Source of the DNA: Candidatus Cloacimonadales bacterium
GTDB lineage: Bacteria > Cloacimonadota > Cloacimonadia > Cloacimonadales > JAFGVF01
Direction: 5' to 3'
Assembly: GCA_963677495.2 (NCBI GenBank)
Contig: CAXXOU010000004.1
Location: 256,001-320,000 of the forward strand
DNA: 64,000 nt
How positions within the stretch are numbered: the stretch's first letter is position 1; every line of letters begins with the position of its first letter. Below are positions 18,999-27,843 of this stretch, one piece after another. The translations under genes and the position numbers were made by a program. The notes below the pieces were generated by a model, which saw only the letters and a program-made list of their open reading frames with translations, made no database searches and had not been told where the DNA came from.

Positions 18999-19655
18999 AT
19001 GAATAACATAAAGAAATATTTTCTCAGTATAACGGTAATAATACTACAGTTAGTTGTATCAGCCAGATTTATTATAACTATGGGATCAGGCGCATTGATT
19101 CCAACACACTGGAATATTAAAGGTGAAGTTGATGGTTGGATGCCTATTATGCAGGCAGCTCTAGTCTTTGTCGGAGCAAATCTACTTATATTCCTGCTAA
19201 TGCTATTCCTCCCCTACATATCCCCAAAGTATAGGAAGCAGGAAGAGAGATTTAAGAAGATTATTCCACAGTTCACAGGTATCATGAACTTCTTCTTTGG
19301 CTTAGTACATATTTATAGTATGTATCTTTCAAAGTATCCTCAGATTGGTCAAAAGGGCAACTACATGCTTGCTATTATCGGTATTATGTTTGTAGCTATA
19401 GGCAACCTTCTACCAAAAATTCCTCAAAACTATTTTGCAGGGATACGCACACCTTGGACTCTAAGCTCGGAAGAGAACTGGCGCAAAACCCATAGACTTG
19501 GTGGACGTAGCTTTGTATTTGGTGGTATTATAACTGCTAGTGCTTCTTTCTTCCCTAAAGATCCAACAGCTTCAATTGTTGCATTCGGTATCTTTATGGC
19601 ATGTGTGCTTATCCCATTAGGGTATTCATTCTACCTGTACAAGAGAGGTGACTAA
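18999..19655 (+). CDS. SdpI family membrane protein (DUF1648 N-terminus)
   Basis: IPTHWNIKGEVDGW; NYFAGIRTPWTLSSEENWRKTHR. Confidence 0.9.
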   Translation: MNNIKKYFLSITVIILQLVVSARFIITMGSGALIPTHWNIKGEVDGWMPIMQAALVFVGANLLIFLLMLFLPYISPKYRKQEERFKKIIPQFTGIMNFFFGLVHIYSMYLSKYPQIGQKGNYMLAIIGIMFVAIGNLLPKIPQNYFAGIRTPWTLSSEENWRKTHRLGGRSFVFGGIITASASFFPKDPTASIVAFGIFMACVLIPLGYSFYLYKRGD

Positions 19656-20959
19656 TGAAGATTGTTTTTATTCTACTTGTTCTTAGCACAACCTTGCTAT
19701 TTGCTACAGATAAAAGTGTAGCAGATGATTATTTTAATGCTCTAAAAACTGAGAACTATAAACATGCTTTTGATATAAGTACGAAAGCATTGCAAGATGC
19801 ATTACCGGAAGCTAAACTTCAAGAGATTTGGGAATCACTTCCCGTTCAAATGGGAAAGTATGAAGAACTAATAAAGGTGGAAACTGTTGAGCAGAAAGAG
19901 ATGGTCACCTACATATACAGTCTTAGTTTTGAGAAGTCAGTACTTGATATGAAGATCACTGTAGACAATGATAAGCTCGTCACCGGACTGTTCTTCACAC
20001 CATCATCAGTTCCAAAACCCGGTGAAGAGAACAAGCTTCCTAATTATATTGCCCCTGACAATATAGAGGAAGAGAAGATTAGTTTCAACTGTGATGGATA
20101 TGATATAAATGGTAAGATTGTCACTCCAAAGGGAGTTAAAGAGTTCCCTATTGTTCTGATGCTGACAGGCTCAGGTCCAAATGATATGGATGAGACAATT
20201 TACCAAAGAAAGCCTTTTAGAGACATAGCATATGGACTTGGTAACAAAGGCATAGCAACTCTAAGATGGAGCAAACGCACCCGTGATTATCCTAACATTG
20301 TAGACGATAAACCTCAGTTCAATATTGAAAACGAATATGCTGAAGAGGTTACAGCTGCTTTAAGCTTCATAAAGACTAAGTACCCAAAAGCCAAGTTATA
20401 CCTGTTAGGTCACAGCCTTGGTGCAACTGTCATACCTGCGATTGCAAACTCAACTAACGACTTCGAAGGTTATCTTATGCTTGCAGGCACAGCTTTCAAA
20501 CTTGAAGATGTTGTACTCGACCAGTACAAACGTATCTTTGCTATGGATGGACTTGATGATAAAGAGAAAGAGATTATTGAGGAGACCAAAAGACAAGTTA
20601 AGGAAGTCAAAGCTCTAACAGAAGAGACTAAGGTGTCTTCTCCCCTTCTTTTAGGTGTCAGCAAACCATACTGGTTATCAATGAATAGATACAATCAAGT
20701 CGATGAGTTTAAGAAGATGACTAAACCTGTACTCGTTCTGCAGGGAGAGAAGGATTATCAGGTGCTAATGGATGACTATGAAGCTTGGGAAGAAGCTGCT
20801 GATGAGAGAAAGAACTTCACGTTCAAAAGCTACCCATTCCTTGACCATCTGTTTATGCTCTGTACCGGTGAAAGCACACCTGATTCCTATTTAGAGAAGA
20901 AGTATGTCTCTAAAACACTTATAAATGATATTGCTGAATGGATAATATCAATCCAGTAA
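19655..20959 (+). CDS. Secreted alpha/beta hydrolase with a DUF3887-like N-terminal domain
   Basis: GSGPNDMD, GHSLG nucleophile elbow, QGEKDYQV, DHLF. Confidence 0.87.
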   Translation: MKIVFILLVLSTTLLFATDKSVADDYFNALKTENYKHAFDISTKALQDALPEAKLQEIWESLPVQMGKYEELIKVETVEQKEMVTYIYSLSFEKSVLDMKITVDNDKLVTGLFFTPSSVPKPGEENKLPNYIAPDNIEEEKISFNCDGYDINGKIVTPKGVKEFPIVLMLTGSGPNDMDETIYQRKPFRDIAYGLGNKGIATLRWSKRTRDYPNIVDDKPQFNIENEYAEEVTAALSFIKTKYPKAKLYLLGHSLGATVIPAIANSTNDFEGYLMLAGTAFKLEDVVLDQYKRIFAMDGLDDKEKEIIEETKRQVKEVKALTEETKVSSPLLLGVSKPYWLSMNRYNQVDEFKKMTKPVLVLQGEKDYQVLMDDYEAWEEAADERKNFTFKSYPFLDHLFMLCTGESTPDSYLEKKYVSKTLINDIAEWIISIQ

Positions 20960-21039
20960 CAATTCATCTTGACTTAATTGTTAATATTTTTATTTTTCGA
21001 TGAATGTAGAGATGCTTATTCATCTAAAAGGAGTAGTCT

Positions 21040-22365
21040 ATGATTAAATTTAAACATGTTCATATTTGGGGATTTAAGAATCCTGAGCTAGAAGTTAGAT
21101 TGGATTTTTCCCAGAATAACACATCCATTTTGCATGGGCAGAATGGATCTGGGAAAACAACCTTTTTAAGGATCCTCTTCGCTTTACTTTCCCACGACTC
21201 TCAGATATTGAAAGATGAGAATGTCAGAAGAATTGAGCTAGTTTTTAAAGATTTGAGCAAGAAAGGAGCAAATTCGGTTGCAAAATTGAACATGTTAAAT
21301 GATTTCGAACCAGACTTGTTTAAAAATGATCATACAATATTTAAAAATATTGATATTAAATATAATTGGGAGCAATTTGACAGCAAGTTTCCATACCAGC
21401 TAAAGTCAGTATTTTTAGGAATAGATAGAGGTGTTCCGATACAAACAGAGAAAATAAGTTCAGATATGATTTATGAGTACTTCAGGCATCCAAGATATCG
21501 AAGTGTTCTAAGAGATTTAGGAGTTAAAACGGACTATTCCTCATTAAAAGAGTTATCAAAAAGTTTAACATCGTTCATCAATCTTAGAAATAGACGTATG
21601 AGAAGAAGAAACAGAATCAATGATGAGATTTTATTAACAAAAAACAATATAATGTTAAACAGAATCAATGTAGATGACATTGAATACTTAATAATTGATC
21701 GATATTTAGAGGCCAGATATGCGACAACTCAACGAATTCAAGAAGCATTGTTTCAAACTTTTGCTATAGCTATCGAAAAAGATCCAAAACTTGTTGAAAA
21801 GTTGCCCAAGGATTTTGATGGAATTATTGATGAGAGTAGAGATCGACTAATTGAAGCTTTAGAGGAGTCACCTGACAATGCTTTTACTCGAAAATTGAAA
21901 AGGATTTTGCAAGATAAGGATTATTTAGCATTAGAGCAAGATGACAGTAATCTAGTAAAAACACTACTATATAAGATGATAACTGAGTTAGATAAAGAGA
22001 AACAATTGATACAATCGATAAATGTACTAATAGATACCTTTAATTCACATATGTCTGATAATAAAAAATTGGTGATAAAAAATAGAAGTTTAGAAGTCTC
22101 CATCAATGAAGACAATCATCCGTTAAGTAAGCTTTCAAGTGGTGAAAGACATTTACTAACGTTTCTTGTTACTGTGTTAGTCCTTGGAGAGAACAGAGAC
22201 TTCCTAATTGTTGACGAACCTGAAATTTCACTAAACACATTGTGGCAACGAACACTGCTCCCCCTTATGGAAAAGTTAGTTCCAAATACACAAATAATTG
22301 TTGCTACACATAGCCCCTCTATTGCAAAATATAATCTCTCTAACTTAGTAGATCTGCGGAGATAG
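21040..22365 (+). CDS. ABC-type ATPase (AAA_15/AAA_21), AriA-like
   Basis: Walker A GQNGSGKTT, signature LSSGE, Walker B IVDEPE, switch ATHS. Confidence 0.82.
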   Translation: MIKFKHVHIWGFKNPELEVRLDFSQNNTSILHGQNGSGKTTFLRILFALLSHDSQILKDENVRRIELVFKDLSKKGANSVAKLNMLNDFEPDLFKNDHTIFKNIDIKYNWEQFDSKFPYQLKSVFLGIDRGVPIQTEKISSDMIYEYFRHPRYRSVLRDLGVKTDYSSLKELSKSLTSFINLRNRRMRRRNRINDEILLTKNNIMLNRINVDDIEYLIIDRYLEARYATTQRIQEALFQTFAIAIEKDPKLVEKLPKDFDGIIDESRDRLIEALEESPDNAFTRKLKRILQDKDYLALEQDDSNLVKTLLYKMITELDKEKQLIQSINVLIDTFNSHMSDNKKLVIKNRSLEVSINEDNHPLSKLSSGERHLLTFLVTVLVLGENRDFLIVDEPEISLNTLWQRTLLPLMEKLVPNTQIIVATHSPSIAKYNLSNLVDLRR

Positions 22366-22367
22366 TA

Positions 22368-23276
22368 ATGCTAATATATGACCCAGAAGAAGAGCTTGCT
22401 GATGCTTTTATGCATAAAACTCCATTAATTGTAGTAGAAGGAGTTGATGATGTGCCTATATATTATAGAATTGCTGCGAAAGCAAACCTTAATCCAGAAA
22501 TTGTCGCTGCAGAAATATATTTTGATATTGATGAAGGCTGTGAAGCTGTAATAGAGTTTACCAAACAATTACAGCATCAATTGACGAGTAACGCAGAGTT
22601 ATTAAACTACTTCTTAGCAATAATTGATTGTGATACAAGATATTATCGAAATACAATTCCTAACTTAACTGGAATTTTCATACTTAGATATTATTCTATC
22701 GAATCCCACTTCGTGACAAGAAATCATACAAAAGAATTAATCAGGTTATTAACTAATGCTCCAAGTGCAAAGATAATTAATCAAGATATAGACTTTGTCG
22801 AAACGCCATTTGTTAACTTGTTAGAGCTTTTGTATTATTCATCTTTAGAAGCCCTTAAAAATTCTATGATAGACACATATACATCTTTGATTGGGTTTAG
22901 TGAAAGCATCATAAGAGTAATCAATGATTCTCAACTCAAAGACTTGATACTTTTAAAGAAACAGGAGTTAGACGAGTTTGCAGAGAACTATAACCTCTCT
23001 TTGGACAGAGAGGTTTTAAAACATATATCTAAGGGTAAATGGTTACTAGATATTTACGTTAAAGGTATAGTTAAAGGGATAAAATCTTTGCAAACATATT
23101 GTGGGCAACATAGACTTCAGTCTTGCGATTGTTGTAAATCGGGGAAACCTAACAAGTGCATGTTTAAAATGTCGAAAGGGTTTCAAGAACAAGCTATAAA
23201 AGCGATATTGCTTCAACATATTGATATAGAAGAAATAACATACATTATTGATGAATTCAATAAACTTGCACAATAG
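22368..23276 (+). CDS. TOPRIM/DUF4435-like nuclease, AriB-like
   Basis: VVEGVDD, IIDCD and YSIE motifs; starts 2 bp after the ATPase stop. Confidence 0.75.
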   Translation: MLIYDPEEELADAFMHKTPLIVVEGVDDVPIYYRIAAKANLNPEIVAAEIYFDIDEGCEAVIEFTKQLQHQLTSNAELLNYFLAIIDCDTRYYRNTIPNLTGIFILRYYSIESHFVTRNHTKELIRLLTNAPSAKIINQDIDFVETPFVNLLELLYYSSLEALKNSMIDTYTSLIGFSESIIRVINDSQLKDLILLKKQELDEFAENYNLSLDREVLKHISKGKWLLDIYVKGIVKGIKSLQTYCGQHRLQSCDCCKSGKPNKCMFKMSKGFQEQAIKAILLQHIDIEEITYIIDEFNKLAQ

Positions 23277-23291
23277 ATTCTCGGAGTTACA

Positions 23292-24104
23292 ATGAAATAC
23301 TTTATCTCATTTGATTTTGAAGGTATAGCCGGAGTGACATTCTGGCGTGAGACAGAGAAAGATGCACGGTTCGAGAAGCTTGCAACCAAGCAGCTTTTAG
23401 CATATATGGAAGGGATTAAGGCTGAAGACCCGGATGCTGAGATACTACTTTGTGATTCACATAATGATGGTAGTAATATTCATTGGGAGTTAATGCCGGA
23501 ATATGTAAAGCTTGTACGTGGTTATCCAAGAACATACTATATGGTTGAGGGTTTGGATAAGAGTTTCGATAAACTGATTCTCTTCGGATATCATAGTCCA
23601 ATTGGTGGTGGTGGGATGATGGATCACAGCTACTCATCTTCATCTTTCTATGAAGTTAAAGTCAATGGTCAGATTGTCGATGAAGCTCTTATCAACAGCT
23701 ATTACAGCTCTGAGTTAAGAATCCCAACAGCGTGCTATTATGGTGATGATAAAGGCATTGAGTTTGCTAAGCAACACTTCAAAGGTGCTATCTTCGTTGA
23801 AGCCAAGAAAGCTGTTTCTAGATTCTCCGGTGTTATGGAGTCTGAAGAAGTAATACTCAAGCGCCTTGTTCAAGCAGGAAAAGATACTGTAAGTGTTGAG
23901 GTTAAGCCATTAGAACTCAAATATCCTGTGAAAGTTGAGATTAAATTTACTGATTCGACCAGAGGCTATATTGCAAGTATCATCCCCGGGGTTGAGACAA
24001 TCTCACCACGAGAAACTGTCTATACAGCTAAGGATTACAAAGAATTTTATAGATATCTAATGACAGTTGCAACCATGTGTTCGACCGCAAGTGGGATTAG
24101 GTAG
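23292..24104 (+). CDS. M55 family D-aminopeptidase (DppA-like)
   Basis: ISFDFEGIAG, DSH, GYHS and DHSY metal-ligand motifs. Confidence 0.9.
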   Translation: MKYFISFDFEGIAGVTFWRETEKDARFEKLATKQLLAYMEGIKAEDPDAEILLCDSHNDGSNIHWELMPEYVKLVRGYPRTYYMVEGLDKSFDKLILFGYHSPIGGGGMMDHSYSSSSFYEVKVNGQIVDEALINSYYSSELRIPTACYYGDDKGIEFAKQHFKGAIFVEAKKAVSRFSGVMESEEVILKRLVQAGKDTVSVEVKPLELKYPVKVEIKFTDSTRGYIASIIPGVETISPRETVYTAKDYKEFYRYLMTVATMCSTASGIR

Positions 24105-24573
24105 ATACGGGGATTTGTTTATAAGTGTGTTCCGATTCCAGTCATCTGGGATGAATACGAACAGACTTTAGTGCAAACTCATAGAAAGCAAGCATTATCC
24201 CAACGGGATAAAATGTGAGTAGCCATTTATGAAATGCATGTACTAAGCAACAACTTATAATACATCATTCTCCCGAAAACCCCTAACTTTCAAGTAGGGG
24301 CATGTGGGAAAACAAATTAGCCTTCCCCCCCTCCCCGGATTTTGCATCGAAATCCGGGGAGGGTGGGATTTTAATATCATAATAAAGATAAGCCACCAGA
24401 TAAATCTGGTGGTTCTGGGAAACAATTGTTGCGGAATATAATGTATATGAATTATCGTATTTCTTTTCTCATTATGAATGTTTAACCCCGTTGGGGTTGC
24501 GTTGTAGGAGGGTATCATAAACCCCGAATTGCATTCGGGGCTACTCACATGTAACCTTTTCAGGGTTTATGAA

Positions 24574-24810
24574 TTCAGCACACAAGGTGCTGGTTGTTAT
24601 TCTGATGTTGTCTATGGGCTTGCGCCCATAGCTATTGTTGTTCAGCACATAAAGTGCTGGTATCAGAAACACAAAATGGGCTTGCGACTATAGCTATTCA
24701 TGTTCAGCACATAGAGTGCTGGGATTTAAAACACTAATGGGCTTGCGCCTATAGCTATTCATGTTCAGCACATAAAGTGCTGGTATCAGAAACACAAAAG
24801 GGCTTGTGCT
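24574..24810. repeat. BIME-like tandem array of about 61-67-bp units made of two alternating palindromes
   Basis: TTCAGCAC-N5-GTGCTGG at 24574, 24641, 24703 and 24764, alternating with ATGGGCTTGCGCCCATAG-like units. Confidence 0.85.
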
Positions 24811-24832
24811 CATCTCTAAATAAAAGTTGTAA

Positions 24833-25300
24833 TTACAACTTTAGGAATACCTCATAATTGGTTACTTTATCAATAAGAGTTGGGGCGTACCTTTTCCAGA
24901 TAGCTAGAGAAGCCTTGTTACCGACTTCAATTGTACTTCTTAGTTCCGAAATACCCATTGCCCCTGCTTCATCCAATATAAGCTTAAAAGCTTCAGTAGT
25001 ATATCCTCTACCTCTGTTCTTCGAAGCTAACCAGTAACCACATCTGGCAGAATTTCTTTCCTCATTAATATGGCTAATGGATATCATGCCAATTGCTGAA
25101 TCGTTCAACATAATACAATAACTGATAGAATTCGTTTTATTCATCCATTGGATGACGGTTTCATACATATTGTCACTGGTGATATTAGTATCCTTCATAC
25201 CCAATTCTATTCGCAGAATCTCATCACCATTTACAGTATAATGCAAATCTACTATATTATCTTTGTTTATTCTCTCAATTCTTAACCTATCTTTCTGCAT
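24833..25300 (-). CDS. GNAT (RimJ/RimL-like) N-acetyltransferase
   Basis: CGYWL...RGRGYTTEA...NKAS motif. Confidence 0.85.
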   Translation of the reverse strand: MQKDRLRIERINKDNIVDLHYTVNGDEILRIELGMKDTNITSDNMYETVIQWMNKTNSISYCIMLNDSAIGMISISHINEERNSARCGYWLASKNRGRGYTTEAFKLILDEAGAMGISELRSTIEVGNKASLAIWKRYAPTLIDKVTNYEVFLKL

Positions 25301-25425
25301 TGCTTGAAACAGAAAAAATGGTTCGAGAAGTCAAGTGTAAAATAATGTGATAATCGCTGAGAATTCAATTGACCAAGATTAATAATCAATATAATAGGAG
25401 ATAACTTTTATATGAGGATTTAAGA

Positions 25426-27043
25426 ATGGAATATATATTTACAAATGGCACAATATTGACTATGACTGATGAGGAAAATCCTGAAGCAGTTTATGTGAAA
25501 AATGACACTATACAATTCGTTGGATTATATGATATATGCGTCTCTTTAGCATCTGACACAGTTGAAGTTATAGATTTGAAAGGAAGAGTTTTACTTCCCG
25601 GATTTATCGATACTCACACTCATTTCTTTGAGTATGCAAAAACCTTCTTCGCTGTTGACCTTAATCCTGCTCAGTCAGTTGAAGATGTTCGTAAGATTCT
25701 AATAGATTATCGTGCTAAAATGTCAGATGAGATTGAATGGGTAGGGGGTAGTGGTTGGAATAAGAATATATATCCTGATCTTACCGGTTTTAATAAGACT
25801 TTACTAGACGAGATATTCCCGGATATACCTGTCTCGATTGAGAGTAAAGATTTCCATACAAAGATATGCAATAGTCTAGCACTTGAACGAGCCGGAATTG
25901 ATAGAAATACTCCTGATCCTGACGGTGGTAAGATAGGTAGATTTGATGATGGAGAGCCGGATGGTTTTACTTATGAAAAGGCTTGGGATTTAATTGATAG
26001 TGTTAAACCTTCTTACTCCAAAGAACTGATGAAGAAAGCTGTTAATAAGGCAGTTCAGCAATGCTATAAGTATGGGCTTACAGGTGTACATGTGATGAGA
26101 GGACGAGGAGAAGTTTGAACTCTACAAAGAGATGTGTAGTGAAGATCTTAAGTTCAGATTCTGTTGGCATTTCCCATCCGCTATATTGGACTCTATAATC
26201 TCAAAAGGCATCACTTCATACACAGGAGATGAAACAATCAAAATCGGTGGCATGAAAATCTTCATGGATGGTTCACTAGGCTCACAATCAGCATGGATGT
26301 ATGAGCCATACTCCGGAACAGAGAATTATGGAATGGTAATACTTCCTGAAGAGGAACTTTATAAACTAGTTAAGAAAGGTGCATTAAACGGGGTTAGTAG
26401 CACTATTCATGGGATAGGAGACAGGTGTAACAACTTGATCTTAAGAGTTTTTGAGCGAGTTAATAATGAACTGGGAGTTAAGCTTCCCCATAGAATTGAA
26501 CACTTACAGTGTATCAGGCCTGAAGATCACCACTATTTGATCGAAAATGATGTTTATTGTGCGGTACAACCTGTTCATATTAAAGCTGATGTTGAAACAA
26601 TCAAAGAATATTGGCCTCATTGTGAGAAAAATGTTTATCCACTTAAATCACTATTGAATAAAGGTGTGACCTTAGGTTTTGGTTCTGACGCACCGGTTGA
26701 AACTATAAATCCATTTGAAGGAATCTATTCAGCTGTAACAAGAAAATACTTGAACAAACCAGAAAACGAAAGCTGGACACCTGAGCAAACATTATCAGTT
26801 ATGCAAGCAATTAGGGGATATACGATAGATGCTGCCAAGGGCTCTATGTCAGAAAAACTAAGAGGTTCTATCGAGCAGGATAAACTTGCTGATTTAATTA
26901 TTTTGGATTCCTTACCTGGGACTACGAATAGTAGTAAAGAGCTGGAAGAATGGTTGTGTATTGAGTCAGATTTAACAATGATAGCAGGAGAAATCGTATA
27001 TCAGAAAATGGCTGATAACACAGAAGCTCTCAACTTCTTGTAA
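25426..27043 (+). pseudogene. YtcJ-like amidohydrolase split by a +1 frameshift near 26098
   Basis: First half has LPGFIDTHTH; second half has KIFMDGSLGS, HGIGD, RIEH, GSDAPV. Removing one base at about 26098 joins the frames (HVM-EDEEKFELY). Confidence 0.85.
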
Positions 27044-27251
27044 GAGAGGTAAATCACTAACAGATATCTCTCAGCTCCAATTACCACATATGTTAAGCTT
27101 AATTACCTAGCTAATAATTACTTGACATTATCAGATATTGCGTTGTAATGTGTTATTGGGAAATTGTCTACAATAGTAAATTGTAAGTTAACAATAGCTT
27201 TTAATATTGGATTTCACCAAAATTGATTATTATTTAGACGAGGTATCGTTA

Positions 27252-27830
27252 ATGTATAATATTATTAAACGAGCATTTACAGATGCTCAGCAAGTACTTG
27301 ATCAGTTTATTACAGACGAGAACTTGCAAGTGGTTGAAGCTATCAGTCAGTGTCTGATCGAAGCTTTTAACAAAGGAAATAAAGTAATAATTTTTGGAAA
27401 TGGAGGCAGTGCAACTGATGCAATGCATTTTGCTGAGGAGTTTACAGGTCGATTCAGAAAAGATCGGAGAGCTTTACCGGCAATAGCATTAAGTGACAGT
27501 TCACATATCACATGTGTAGGCAACGATTACGGGTTTGAAGACATTTTCGCTCGTGGGGTAGAGGCTTACGTCAAAGATGGAGATGTTGTTATTGGATTAT
27601 CAACAAGTGGAAATTCCGGTAACATCATTAAGGGTTTAAATAAAGCTAAGGAAATGAAGGCTACCACGATCGCCCTTCTTGGAAAGGACGGTGGTAGATT
27701 AAGAGGGAAGTGTGATCGGGAAATAATAGTACCCGGTGACACATCTGATCGCATTCAGGAAATACATATGATGGCATTACATATCATCATAGAAGGGGTC
27801 GAGAGAGCCCTGTTCCCTGAAAACTATTAA
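27252..27830 (+). CDS. gmhA: D-sedoheptulose 7-phosphate isomerase
   Basis: GNGGSA, HFAEE, GNDYG, STSGNS, RIQEIH; ATG at 27252 follows GAGGT. Confidence 0.95.
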   Translation: MYNIIKRAFTDAQQVLDQFITDENLQVVEAISQCLIEAFNKGNKVIIFGNGGSATDAMHFAEEFTGRFRKDRRALPAIALSDSSHITCVGNDYGFEDIFARGVEAYVKDGDVVIGLSTSGNSGNIIKGLNKAKEMKATTIALLGKDGGRLRGKCDREIIVPGDTSDRIQEIHMMALHIIIEGVERALFPENY

Positions 27831-27843
27831 AGAGAGTGTGCAT

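Noticed and set aside
24574..24810. Possible mini CRISPR array
   Set aside because: Units are degenerate, linkers are short and one is repeated, and there are two palindromes per unit; fits a BIME-like repeat.
26085..26135. Programmed ribosomal frameshift
   Set aside because: No slippery sequence or stimulatory structure, and I know of no recoding in this family.
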